Source: an uncultured Methylomirabilota bacterium (lineage in GTDB: Bacteria > Methylomirabilota > Methylomirabilia > Methylomirabilales > 2-02-FULL-66-22). Taken from it: a DNA stretch of 64,000 nt. A program made the translations under genes and the position numbers. The notes under the pieces were generated by a model. That model did not search any database. It saw only the letters and a program-made list of their open reading frames with translations, and was not told the origin of the DNA. This document shows positions 12,010 through 21,447 of the stretch, one piece after another (position 1 is the first letter of the stretch; every line of letters begins with the position of its first letter). The stretch spans positions 544,001 to 608,000 of the forward strand of contig CAWJSJ010000005.1 of NCBI GenBank assembly GCA_963845565.1, written 5' to 3'.

Positions 12010-12885
12010 GTGGCGAGGAGCGAGGCGAGCCCGCGTACCGTCCTCGAGATGGTCCAGAGCCACGCGTGGCGCCAATTCCGGGGGAACCGTCTGGCGGTGG
12101 CGGGCGGCGTCGTGGTGCTGCTGCTGGCCGCCGTGGCGGTGCTGGCGCCGGTCCTGGCACCCTACGATCCGGCCGCGTACGACGTGAAGCAGATCCTGCT
12201 GGCGCCGAGCGCGGCCCACTGGTTGGGGACCGACCAGCTCGGCCGCGACGTCCTGAGCCGCATGCTCTTCGGCGCGCGCATCTCCATGGCGGTCGGCTTC
12301 ATCTCGGTGGGGATCGCGGTCATGCTGGGGACGTTGGTCGGCACCATCGCGGCCTACTACGGGGGGCGGGTGGACGAGGTCATGATGCGGTTCGTGGACC
12401 TGATGCTGAACTTTCCACGCTTCTTCCTGCTGCTCACCCTGATCGCGCTGCTGCGCCCCAGCATCTGGGTCATCATGGCCGTGATCGGATTCACCGGGTG
12501 GATGGGGCTGGCGCGCCTCGTGCGGGGCGAGATCCTCAGCCTGCGCGAACGGGAATTCGTCCAGGGGGCCCGCGCGCTGGGCGCCCCCGACGCCCGGATC
12601 ATGTTTCGCCACATCCTCCCCAACGCGCTGGTCCCGGTGCTCGTGTCGGCCACCCTGGGCGTGGCCGGGGCGATCCTGGCGGAGTCCGGCCTCTCGTTTC
12701 TCGGCCTGGGCGTCCAGCCGCCGACCCCGAGTTGGGGGAACATCCTCATCGACGGCAAGGCGAACATCGAGATCGCCTGGTGGCTCTCGGTGTTTCCGGG
12801 GCTGGCGATTCTGGTGACCGTGTTGGCCTATAACCTTCTCGGCGAAGGCCTGCGCGATGCCCTGGACCCCCGTTTGCGTCAATAG
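12010..12885 (+). CDS. Peptide ABC transporter permease (OppC/DppC-like)
   Basis: HWLGTDQLGRD, EFVQGARALG, HILPN, SFLGLGVQPPTPSWG. Confidence 0.92.
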   Translation: MARSEASPRTVLEMVQSHAWRQFRGNRLAVAGGVVVLLLAAVAVLAPVLAPYDPAAYDVKQILLAPSAAHWLGTDQLGRDVLSRMLFGARISMAVGFISVGIAVMLGTLVGTIAAYYGGRVDEVMMRFVDLMLNFPRFFLLLTLIALLRPSIWVIMAVIGFTGWMGLARLVRGEILSLREREFVQGARALGAPDARIMFRHILPNALVPVLVSATLGVAGAILAESGLSFLGLGVQPPTPSWGNILIDGKANIEIAWWLSVFPGLAILVTVLAYNLLGEGLRDALDPRLRQ

Positions 12886-12902
12886 CCCGAATGCCAATCC
12901 CC

Positions 12903-12961
12903 CAACCGACGATGAAATACCGCACCAACGGTCCGTTGGTCGGTTGTCGGTTGTCCGTTTC
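12903..12961. repeat. Degenerate family-A heptamer palindromic element
   Basis: CAACCGAC left arm, GGTCGGTTGTCGGTTGTCCGTTT right arm. Confidence 0.65.
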
Positions 12962-13019
12962 TCAACGCCGGGTCCTCATGCGCCCCATGGGGACCTGATC
13001 AGTCGGGAGGTTCGACCGG

Positions 13020-14198
13020 ATGGCTCAGAGCAGGTTTGACGAGGTCGTGGACCGGCGGAAGACCGGCTCGCTGAAATGGGACGGAACGCAGACGCGTTTC
13101 GGCGTCGCGGGGGACGATCTGCTGCCCATGTGGGTGGCGGACACGGAATTCCTGACACCCGCGCCGGTGATCGAGGCGCTGGTCCGCCGGGCGCGTCACG
13201 GAGTCTTCGGCTACTCGGTCGCTCCGGCGGCCTATTTCGAGGCCGTCCAGGGGTGGATGCGGCGGCGGCACGGCTGGGACGTCGCGGAGGAGTGGATGAC
13301 CGCGACGCCCGGCGTGGTGTGTGCCGTGAACCTCCTCATTCGCACGCTGACCGATCGCGGCGACGGCGTGGTCATCCAGCCGCCGGTGTACTACCCGTTC
13401 CGGAGGGGAATCGAGGACAACGGATGCCGGGTCCTGGTGAACCGGCTATGCCTCGACGGCGAGCGGTATCGCATGGACCTGGACGACCTGGAGCGGAAGC
13501 TGCCCGACGCCAAGCTGCTGATCCTGTGCAGCCCGCACAATCCCGTGGGGCGGGTGTGGAGCGCGGACGAGCTCCGGACGCTGGGGGAATTGTGCCTCCG
13601 CCACGGCGTGGTCGTCGTCTCGGACGAGATCCACTTCGACCTGGTCCTCCCGGGCCATTCCCACACCGTCTTCGCCACCCTCTCGCCGGAACTCGCGCAG
13701 CAGTCGGTGGTCTGCACGGCAGCCAGCAAGACGTTCAATCTGCCGGGGCTCCAGCCGGCCATCAGCGTGATTCCCAACCCACGCCTGCGGCGCGATTTCA
13801 GCCACACCCTGCGCGCGTGCGGAATTCCGGGGCCGAACGCGTTCTGCCTGGAGGCCGTCACGGCGGCGTACAGGCACGGCGAGGAATGGCTCGCCGAGCT
13901 GCTGGTATACCTGGAGGGGAATGTGGATTTCCTTTCCCGGTTCGTCCGGACGGAGATCCCGCAGCTTCGCGTCGTCCGGCCCGAAGGGACGTTCCTGGCC
14001 TGGCTGGATTGCCGTGCGCTGGGCCTCGACCCGGGGGAATTGGAGCGCCTGCTCCTGTCGAAGGGCCGGCTGGTCCTCAGCCAAGGGCACACCTTCGGCC
14101 CGGGCGGGGAGGGGTTCGTGCGCATGAATCTCGGCTGTCCGCGATCGATGCTGGAGGACGGGTTGGGCCGTCTGGCCCGCGCGGTGCGGAGTCTGTGA
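13020..14198 (+). CDS. MalY/PatB family PLP-dependent C-S lyase (cystathionine beta-lyase-like)
   Basis: SLKWD, LPMWVAD, HGVFGY, LCSPHNPVG, SDEIH, SKTFNL. Confidence 0.9.
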   Translation: MAQSRFDEVVDRRKTGSLKWDGTQTRFGVAGDDLLPMWVADTEFLTPAPVIEALVRRARHGVFGYSVAPAAYFEAVQGWMRRRHGWDVAEEWMTATPGVVCAVNLLIRTLTDRGDGVVIQPPVYYPFRRGIEDNGCRVLVNRLCLDGERYRMDLDDLERKLPDAKLLILCSPHNPVGRVWSADELRTLGELCLRHGVVVVSDEIHFDLVLPGHSHTVFATLSPELAQQSVVCTAASKTFNLPGLQPAISVIPNPRLRRDFSHTLRACGIPGPNAFCLEAVTAAYRHGEEWLAELLVYLEGNVDFLSRFVRTEIPQLRVVRPEGTFLAWLDCRALGLDPGELERLLLSKGRLVLSQGHTFGPGGEGFVRMNLGCPRSMLEDGLGRLARAVRSL

Positions 14199-14280
14199 CG
14201 GGCCGAAGCGGCCGGCCCGAAGGCATGTCCTTAAACCACGACCGGCGGCCCGATGGGCCGCCGGTCGTGATGGCTGCGTC

Positions 14281-14365
14281 TGGTGGGGAAGGAGGGACTT
14301 GAACCCTCATGAGTTGCCTCACACGCCCCTCAAACGTGCGCGTCTGCCAGTTCCGCCACTTCCCC
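14281..14365 (-). tRNA. tRNA-Leu (anticodon GAG)
   Basis: Reverse complement GGGGAAGTGGCGGAACTGGCAGACGCGCACGTTTGAGGGGCGTGT...GGTTCAAGTCCCTCCTTCCCCACCA; long variable arm, encoded CCA. Confidence 0.96.
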
Positions 14366-14563
14366 GCGGATGCATTTCTACCGCCTCGCGCCGCGAATTG
14401 TCAATCGAAAAGCGAGGAGCGAGCGCGCCGAACAGGAGAGGCGTCGGTCACGAACGCGCGCGCGGTCGGCGCCGAGCAACAGCTCGACGGCGGGTTCGGC
14501 TTGAGGTCCGGCGCCGCATTGGGTATGATGAACCGAACCCCGACCACGGAAGGAGCGAGACGC

Positions 14564-15208
14564 ATGCGGGCGGCGACGGTCACGCTGGGGGTCCTGGTGC
14601 TGGTGGGCGCGCTGGCCGGGTGCGCGACCACCACCGTACGACAGACGCGCATCCTGACCGGACAGGTCACCGACGAATCGGGGGCGCCGGTCGCCGGGAA
14701 TCCGGTGTTGCTGGTGGCCCGGTCGCTGGACCTGTCCGCGGTGCGGATGCAGTACGACGAGCGCGGCCGACGCGAAGTGCAGACCGTCACCGACGGCCAG
14801 GGGCGGTACCGGATCGAATTCGTTCCCGCCAGCCTGGGGAACAACTTCTTCCTGTTCTTCTCCGACGCCGCGGGCTTCGATCGGGTCAAATATCAGCGCC
14901 TCGAGCCCCTGGACGTCACCGATCGGCTGCGCCGCGACGGTACGACCACCGTCAATCCGGTGCTGCGGTTTCAACCGAGCTGGCCCGAGGCGGAGCGACA
15001 GATCGCCTTCTACGGGCCGGAGTCGGAGCGGGGCCGGATCCTGCGTAGGCACGGCGTGCCGGAGAAGCGGGAAACCCCGGCGGGACCCGGGGACGCGACC
15101 GAGGCCTGGTGGTATTACGCCGATGGGGTGACCTACTGGTTCAGCGGCTCCGCGCTGATCCGGACCAGCACCTCTCCGTCGATCCCGGGACCGCTGCCCC
15201 CGCGATAG
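14564..15208 (+). CDS. Hypothetical lipoprotein with carboxypeptidase-regulatory-like beta-sandwich
   Basis: SD GGAAGGAG, lipobox LAGC, GQVTDESGAPV...TDGQGRYRI motif. Confidence 0.7.
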   Translation: MRAATVTLGVLVLVGALAGCATTTVRQTRILTGQVTDESGAPVAGNPVLLVARSLDLSAVRMQYDERGRREVQTVTDGQGRYRIEFVPASLGNNFFLFFSDAAGFDRVKYQRLEPLDVTDRLRRDGTTTVNPVLRFQPSWPEAERQIAFYGPESERGRILRRHGVPEKRETPAGPGDATEAWWYYADGVTYWFSGSALIRTSTSPSIPGPLPPR

Positions 15209-15237
15209 GGCCCGGTCGGCCGCAGACGTTCGACCGC

Positions 15238-16281
15238 CTATCGGATCACGCGCTCTGCCTGGACGAGGTCGATGAAGGTCTCCATCAGGCGGGCGTCTGA
15301 CCAGCCCTTGGCGGTCTCTTCGCGCATCAGGGCGAAGGACTGCTCCAGCGGGAAGGCGGACTTGTAGGGCCGCTGCGTGGTGAAGGCGTCGAAGAGATCC
15401 ACCACCTGGAGGATGCGGGCCGTGAGGGGGATCGCCGCGCCGGCGAGTCCGTCCGGGTACCCGCTGCCGTCCCAGCGCTCGTGGTGGTGGCGGATGATGG
15501 GCAGGACCAGGCGCAGGGACCGGAGCGGGGAGCAGATCCGCTCCCCGATGACGGGGTGGGCCTGCATGACCGTCCGCTCCTCCGGCGTCAGCGGCCCTGG
15601 TTTCAAGAGGATGGAGTCCGGGATCCCGATCTTGCCCACGTCGTGCAGGATGCCCCCGCGGTGGAGCGCCTTCAGATACTCCTCCGACACGCCGAGCTTT
15701 TTCCCCAGCGCCACACTGTACCGGGCCAGCCGATCGCAGTGGCCGATCGTGTAGGGGTCCTTGGCCTCGACGCTGAGGGCCAGGCTGAAGAGCACGGTCT
15801 CGGCGTTTTCCAGCTCGTCGGTGTGCCGCTTCAGCTTCAGCAGGGACCGCACGCGGGTGATCAGCTCCTGCCGGTTGAAGGGCTTGCTCAGGAAGTCGTC
15901 GGCGCCCGCCTCGATGCCCCGGATCCGCTGCTCGGTCGCCTGCAGCGAGGTGATCATCACGACGGGAATCAGGATCGTCCGCGCGTCCGACTTGAGCCGC
16001 CGGCAGACCTCGTACCCGTCGAGTGTCGGCATGACGACGTCCAGGAGGATCAGGTCGGGCGGGTCGGCCTCCACCTTGGCCAGCGCCTCGTCCCCGTCCT
16101 GGGCCGTGGAGACATGATACCCCTCGCCGTTCAGTTCGTCCTTCAGCATCTCCCGGTCCAACGCACTGTCGTCCACCGCCAGGATGTGCGTCCGGGCGCG
16201 ATCGTCGGGAAGGGAGGCCGCGAGTCCCTGGAGTGTGAACGTGAACGCCTGCGACTCGGGTTGCGGCTGGATCTCGGTCAT
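15238..16281 (-). CDS. Response regulator with HD-GYP (c-di-GMP phosphodiesterase) domain
   Basis: REC (AVDD, LLDVVMP, SKP) plus HDVGK and HHERWDGSGYPDGL. Confidence 0.92.
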   Translation of the reverse strand: MTEIQPQPESQAFTFTLQGLAASLPDDRARTHILAVDDSALDREMLKDELNGEGYHVSTAQDGDEALAKVEADPPDLILLDVVMPTLDGYEVCRRLKSDARTILIPVVMITSLQATEQRIRGIEAGADDFLSKPFNRQELITRVRSLLKLKRHTDELENAETVLFSLALSVEAKDPYTIGHCDRLARYSVALGKKLGVSEEYLKALHRGGILHDVGKIGIPDSILLKPGPLTPEERTVMQAHPVIGERICSPLRSLRLVLPIIRHHHERWDGSGYPDGLAGAAIPLTARILQVVDLFDAFTTQRPYKSAFPLEQSFALMREETAKGWSDARLMETFIDLVQAERVIR

Positions 16282-16639
16282 GGTCGGTCTTTCCTGGAGC
16301 ACGTTCCCGATGGATGCGACGTATCCGATCGGATCGGCATGGCCGGGTTCCCGGGTGCGAGCGCGCCCGGGCCCGACAGGCACCAGCGCCCCTGAGGCGC
16401 GCCGGAGGACTCTTTAACATACCGCCCGATCACGGTCAAGCGGCCTTTTCCCGTTGCTTTTTGGAAACGGGGCTGGTAGTAAGAATGCGCATTTCCGCCT
16501 CGCGAAGCCCGCCGGCCCGACCCGGCCGCTTGGTGCGCCGGCCGGCATGGTGGGGGTTTCCCGCCACCGTGCGGCGACATCCCGCTGCGGGGCGGGGCAG
16601 GGTTTCCCGTCCGGACAGCGTCTCGGTGTGGAGGAACTC

Positions 16640-17008
16640 ATGGCAAGAGTCCTGGTCGTGGATGATGAACCGGATTCGGTCGAACTGCTGCAGGAGTTCC
16701 TGACCGGCAAAGGGTACGAGGTGATCACGGCGTCCAACGGGGACGACGCCCTCAAAAAGGTCAAGGCGGAGCGGCCGCACCTCATCCTGCTGGACGTCCG
16801 CATGCCCGGGATGAGCGGGTTCGACGTGCTGCGCGAGGTGCGGCAGTTCGATCAGGAGGTCGGGGTGATCATGGTCACGGGGGTCAACGAGGAGGAGGCC
16901 GGTCGCCAGGCGTTGAAGGCGGGCGCCTTCGACTACATCGTGAAGCCCCTGGACCTGGAGTACCTCGAGCGCAGCCTGTGGTACAAGATCACCACGATGC
17001 TGCTGTAA
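16640..17008 (+). CDS. Single-domain response regulator (REC only)
   Basis: VLVVDDE, LLDVRMP, VTG, YIVKP; SD GGAGGA. Confidence 0.9.
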   Translation: MARVLVVDDEPDSVELLQEFLTGKGYEVITASNGDDALKKVKAERPHLILLDVRMPGMSGFDVLREVRQFDQEVGVIMVTGVNEEEAGRQALKAGAFDYIVKPLDLEYLERSLWYKITTMLL

Positions 17009-17013
17009 AGAGA

Positions 17014-17040
17014 CAATGTAAAACCGACAACTGACAACCC
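17014..17040. repeat. Family-A element, left half only
   Basis: CAATGTAAAACCGACAACTGACAACC. Confidence 0.7.
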
Positions 17041-17067
17041 GCCAAGGGGCGTAGAAGGAACCGGACC

Positions 17068-18744
17068 GTGACCAAGGAAGAACTGGAGCAGATCGAGGCG
17101 CAGCAGCGACGCTGGGAAGCGGGAGCGCTCAAGAAGACCCTGGACCGGGCGTCGGAGCGTCAGACGGGGTTCGCCACCACCTCCGGGATTCCGCTGGAGC
17201 GAGTGTACACGCCCCTCGACGTGGCGGGCCAAGACTACGAGCGAGATCTCGGGTTCCCCGGGGAGTACCCGTTCACGCGGGGCGTGCAGCCCACCATGTA
17301 CCGGGGCCGGTACTGGACCATGCGGCAGTACGCCGGATTCGGCACCGCCGAGGAATCCAACCGGCGCTACCAGTACCTGTTGCAGCAGGGGCAGACGGGC
17401 CTGTCCGTGGCCTTCGACCTGCCGACCCAGATGGGCTACGACTCCGATCACGCCATGGTGGTCGGCGAGGTCGGCAAGGTCGGCGTGGCGGTCGACTCGC
17501 TGGAGGACATGGAGACGCTCTTCCGGGGCATCCCCCTGGGCAAGGTCAGCACCTCCATGACGATCAACGCCACCGCCGCGATCCTCCTGTGCATGTACCT
17601 CGCGGTGGCCGAGGCGCAGGGCGTGGCCCGCGCGCAACTGACGGGGACCATCCAGAACGACATCCTGAAGGAATACGTGGCGCGGGGCACCTATATCTTC
17701 CCCCCGACCCCGTCCATGCGCCTCATCACCGATACCTTCGCCTTCTGCGCGGCGGAGTTGCCGCGCTGGAACAGCATCAGCATCAGCGGGTACCACATCC
17801 GCGAGGCGGGCTCCACCGCGGTGCAGGAAGTGGCCTTCACCCTGGCGGACGCCATCGCCTACGTGGACGCGGCCGTCGGGGCGGGTCTCGACGTGGACCG
17901 CTTCGGTCCGCAGCTGGCCTTCTTCTTCAACGCCCACAACCACCTCCTCGAAGAGGTGGCCAAGTTCCGGGCGGCCCGGCGGCTCTGGGCGCGGATCATG
18001 CGGGAGCGGTTCGGCGCCAAGGACCCGCGGTCCTGGATGCTGCGCTTCCATGCGCAGACGGCGGGCTCGTCCCTCACCGCCCAGCAGCCGGAGAATAACG
18101 TGGTGCGGGTGGCGGTGCAGGCCCTGGCGGCGGTCCTGGGCGGCGCCCAGTCGCTCCACACCAACTCGCGGGATGAGGCGCTGGGGCTGCCGACGGAGGA
18201 GGCGGTGCGCATCGCGCTCCGGACGCAGCAGATCCTGGCCCACGAGAGCGGTGTGGCCGAGGTCGTGGACCCGCTGGGCGGCGCGTACGCTGTCGAGGCG
18301 CTGACGTCGCGCATCGAGGCGGATGCACAGGCGTACCTCGACAAGATCGACCGGATGGGCGGGATGCTCCGGGCGATCGAGATGGGCTTCGTCCAGAAGG
18401 AGATCCAGGAGGCCGCCTATCAGGCCCAGCGGGCGCTGGAGGACAAACGGCACGTGGTGGTCGGCGTCAACGAGTTCGTCAGCGAAGGAGCGGCCCGCGT
18501 TCCCGTCTTTGCGGTGGACGAGCGGCTGGGCGTCGAGCAGTGCGCACGGCTCCACGCGGTGCGCGCCCGGCGCGAGGCCGGCCGGGTCCAGGCCGCGCTC
18601 CGGGAGGTGACGTCGGTCGCGGCCGGCACCGGGAACCTTCTCCCGCCCATCCTGGACGCCGTCCGGGCCTACGCCACCATCGGGGAGATCTGCGACGCCC
18701 TGCGCAGCGTCTTCGGGGTGCATCAGGAGACGGTGATATTGTAA
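17068..18744 (+). CDS. Methylmalonyl-CoA mutase family large (substrate-binding) subunit
   Basis: [50 protein letters not shown]; no B12-binding DxHxxG domain. Confidence 0.92.
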   Translation: MTKEELEQIEAQQRRWEAGALKKTLDRASERQTGFATTSGIPLERVYTPLDVAGQDYERDLGFPGEYPFTRGVQPTMYRGRYWTMRQYAGFGTAEESNRRYQYLLQQGQTGLSVAFDLPTQMGYDSDHAMVVGEVGKVGVAVDSLEDMETLFRGIPLGKVSTSMTINATAAILLCMYLAVAEAQGVARAQLTGTIQNDILKEYVARGTYIFPPTPSMRLITDTFAFCAAELPRWNSISISGYHIREAGSTAVQEVAFTLADAIAYVDAAVGAGLDVDRFGPQLAFFFNAHNHLLEEVAKFRAARRLWARIMRERFGAKDPRSWMLRFHAQTAGSSLTAQQPENNVVRVAVQALAAVLGGAQSLHTNSRDEALGLPTEEAVRIALRTQQILAHESGVAEVVDPLGGAYAVEALTSRIEADAQAYLDKIDRMGGMLRAIEMGFVQKEIQEAAYQAQRALEDKRHVVVGVNEFVSEGAARVPVFAVDERLGVEQCARLHAVRARREAGRVQAALREVTSVAAGTGNLLPPILDAVRAYATIGEICDALRSVFGVHQETVIL

Positions 18745-18774
18745 AGAAGGCGTTCGGCGTTTCGCCGAGCGCGA

Positions 18775-18860
18775 AATGGAAAACCGACAACCGATAACCG
18801 AAAACCCATCAACGGGCCCCATTGACCGGTTTCGTATTGTCGGGTGTCGGTTTTTCATTG
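18775..18860. repeat. Family-A heptamer palindromic element
   Basis: AATGGAAAACCGACAACCGATAACCGA...TCGGGTGTCGGTTTTTCATTG. Confidence 0.8.
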
Positions 18861-18899
18861 GCTGTTGCCTCAAGCGTGCTCCGCTTGTCCGTCTTTCCA

Positions 18900-18929
18900 C
18901 TGAAAGCTGACCGCTGATCGCTGACAGCC
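18900..18929. repeat. Family-B heptamer array (GCTGAnn), half element
   Basis: CTGAAAGCTGACCGCTGATCGCTGACAGC. Confidence 0.7.
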
Positions 18930-19008
18930 GCCTTTCCCATTGACGCCTCTCCGCTGTCTCCAGTAAGGTGGCGGGGGTTGGTTTTCTGGACGACGTGGAG
19001 GGTGAGCC

Positions 19009-20883
19009 ATGCAAGCACGACGATTCCTGGGCGGCCTGTCGGTCGTGGCCGCGTTGTGTGTTCTGGGGTGGGGAGGCGGCGTCGCCGCGCAGGAGCCGGC
19101 CTACGGCTCCGCGGCGGTGGAGATCGCGGAGCGGATCGCGGCCGCGTTTCCCAAGGTGACGGGACAGGTCATCGGGCTGGAGCGGGAACGGGTGCTGCTG
19201 GATCTCGGCGCCAAGGACGCCGTGATCCCGGGTTTGGAACTGCAGATCTACCGCGAGGGGCAGGAGTTCAAGCATCCCTATACGGGCCAGATCCTCGGGA
19301 AGCTCGACCGTGATGTGGGGCGGGTGCGGATCCTGGAGGTGCAGCCGAACTTCTGCGTGGCCGAGGTGATTCAGCAGGCCGAAGGGACCATGGTGCAGCA
19401 GGGTGACAGGGCCCGCGTCACCACGGCGCGCATCATCGTGGCGCTGCCGAACGTGGACGTCAGCGACGTGGCCGGGGCCAACACACGCTCGGTGACCCGG
19501 GACCTGGTGAACGCGCTGGTCAAGAGCAACCGCTTCGAGGTGATGCCCGATCAGCGCATCCGAGCCGCATTGGCCGAAGAGAAGCTCACGGCAACCGACT
19601 CGCTGGCCGATCCGGCGGTGCTGCAGGTCCTCTGGAAGCGGCTGCGGGTCACGGCGGTGCTGCTGGGCAAGCTGAGCGTGCTCGAGAAATCCGTGCGCTG
19701 GGATGTCCAGGTCCTCTCCACCGTCCGGGGCGACACCATCACCCTGGCCGGTGCCGAGGTGAAGGGCGCCGCGCCCCGGGCTGCGTCGGCGGCGCCGGCG
19801 CGTGGGGGAGGGAACTTCGCGGGGCAGGATGCGCCCCGGATCGACCAGATCGCGCTGCGCTCGCAGGAGGTGCCGTACAAGGGGCGGGCCATGGCCGTGG
19901 GAGAGTTCACCGGGGACGGCACGGTGAAGCTGGCCATCAGCGACGGGCAAGGGGTGTTCATCTACGACGTGGGCGCGACCGGGATCAAGCTGATCGCCAC
20001 CATTCCGGGCCGGACCTCGGAGACCGTCATCTCCCTGGACGCCGCCGACATCAACGGCAACGGCACGGCGGAGATCTTCGTCACGGCCCACACCAGAAAC
20101 ACCCAGTCCGGCTTCTCGCAGCTCCGATCGTACGTCCTGGAATACCAGAACGGGAAATACAACAAGATCTGGCAGGACGTCGAACTTCACTTCCGCGTGA
20201 TGGAGGGGCCGGGGGGCGCGCTGCAGTTGTACGCGCAGGGCGCCGGGGACCAGGTGTTCAGCGGTCCCGTGCGCCGGTATCTCTGGCAGGGGAGTCGCTA
20301 CGTGCCCGGCGAGGTGGTCCTCCTTCCCAAGGCGTTCCCGAATATCTACGGCTTCATCCAGGCCGATCTGGAGGGCGACGGGACGTTGAAGGTCCTGGTG
20401 CTGGACCATCAGGATTATCTGCGGGTCTTCGACCGGAGCGGGGCGGAGCTCTACCGGACGAGCGATCGGTTCGGCGGAACGGAGAATGTCATCGAATACG
20501 ATCCCTCCCGGGCCGGGGAGAACCCGCGGTCGGGGATCGTACCGAAGCCGATTCTTCTCCAGGGCCGCATGGTCTTCCAGGACGTCATGGGGAACGGGAA
20601 GAAGCAGCTCGTGGTTCCGCGGAACACGCCGTCCACGGGATACGTGTTCGCGACGCGGATGTATGACAAGGGCAAGATGCTGGGTCTCAGTTGGGATGGC
20701 GTGGGGATGCAGCCGGTCTGGGAGACCCGGGAGGTTCCGGGATACATCGCCGACTTCGCCCTCATGGACCCGGACGGGAGCGGAAACCGGAAGCTTGTCC
20801 TCCTGGTCGTCCAGACGAATCTGATCGGGATGTCCACGAGTCGGACGACGGTGGTCTTACTGGATCTCAAACCGCAAGGCTAG
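19009..20883 (+). CDS. Secreted protein: FlgT-C-like N-domain + FG-GAP/VCBS repeat beta-propeller
   Basis: Signal peptide; LDLG..D.V.PG...HPYTG.ILG motif; repeats GEFTGDG, ADINGNG, ADLEGDG, DVMGNG, DPDGSG. Confidence 0.7.
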   Translation: MQARRFLGGLSVVAALCVLGWGGGVAAQEPAYGSAAVEIAERIAAAFPKVTGQVIGLERERVLLDLGAKDAVIPGLELQIYREGQEFKHPYTGQILGKLDRDVGRVRILEVQPNFCVAEVIQQAEGTMVQQGDRARVTTARIIVALPNVDVSDVAGANTRSVTRDLVNALVKSNRFEVMPDQRIRAALAEEKLTATDSLADPAVLQVLWKRLRVTAVLLGKLSVLEKSVRWDVQVLSTVRGDTITLAGAEVKGAAPRAASAAPARGGGNFAGQDAPRIDQIALRSQEVPYKGRAMAVGEFTGDGTVKLAISDGQGVFIYDVGATGIKLIATIPGRTSETVISLDAADINGNGTAEIFVTAHTRNTQSGFSQLRSYVLEYQNGKYNKIWQDVELHFRVMEGPGGALQLYAQGAGDQVFSGPVRRYLWQGSRYVPGEVVLLPKAFPNIYGFIQADLEGDGTLKVLVLDHQDYLRVFDRSGAELYRTSDRFGGTENVIEYDPSRAGENPRSGIVPKPILLQGRMVFQDVMGNGKKQLVVPRNTPSTGYVFATRMYDKGKMLGLSWDGVGMQPVWETREVPGYIADFALMDPDGSGNRKLVLLVVQTNLIGMSTSRTTVVLLDLKPQG

Positions 20884-20900
20884 GCCCTGCGGGCACTGGA

Positions 20901-20986
20901 AAATACTAAAACCGACAACCGAGAACCGGTCAATGAAAAACAACGCATTGGCCGGTTGTCAGTTGTCGGTTGTCCGTTTTACATTG
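20901..20986. repeat. Family-A heptamer palindromic element
   Basis: AAAACCGACAACCGAGAACCGGTCAATG...CATTGGCCGGTTGTCAGTTGTCGGTTGTCCGTTTTACATTG. Confidence 0.85.
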
Positions 20987-21105
20987 GCCTGAAGTGTGGT
21001 GCGATTGCCATGGTCGCTGTGGTGGGTCGGCCACGACCGGGGGCATGGGTAAAACCGGACAAGGCGTAACCCCTTGTTTCTTGAAGGGTATTTTTCAATG
21101 CAACC

Positions 21106-21121
21106 TGGCATGGATGCTGCA
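21106..21121 (+). promoter_or_regulatory. Candidate sigma54 (-24/-12) promoter
   Basis: TGGCATGGATGCTGCA matches TGGCAC-N5-TTGCW with exact GG-N10-GC spacing. Confidence 0.45.
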
Positions 21122-21153
21122 AAATGGCAAACCGGACCTTTTGAAAAAAGATA

Positions 21154-21182
21154 TTGACACCGTATCAGGCGCTTGGTAAGGT
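21154..21182 (+). promoter_or_regulatory. Sigma70-type promoter upstream of porin gene
   Basis: TTGACA-N17-TAAGGT preceded by an A-rich tract. Confidence 0.6.
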
Positions 21183-21447
21183 CCCGCCCATTAATAGATT
21201 AGAGGACGATTAGAAAGGGGTTTCCACCCGGACGGCTCCTGGGGCATGGTCGAGGCGGTGCTCGAAAGAGCGGGCGGGTGTTCACGGCGTCATTCTGGTG
21301 CATCCAGTGTCATGCCTCGGTAAAACCGCGATGGCACAACGGCAAAGGGGGGATGTGAAACCGGAAGACTCGGCAAGTTATCTCAGCGGTTCGGTCAGTC
21401 GCTTCACTGGGATCGAACATATCCTACGAGAAATGGAGGGTGACCTA

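Noticed and set aside
9350..12885. Peptide ABC operon lacking ATPase genes as a novelty
   Set aside because: ATPase subunits encoded elsewhere are common; not informative from this window.
14281..14365. tRNA-Leu as an island integration site
   Set aside because: I saw no duplicated tRNA end, integrase or compositional shift on either side.
21320..21420. c-di-GMP-I or glycine riboswitch in the porin leader
   Set aside because: Only isolated words (GGCAAA, ATCTCAG) match; the required stem order is absent.
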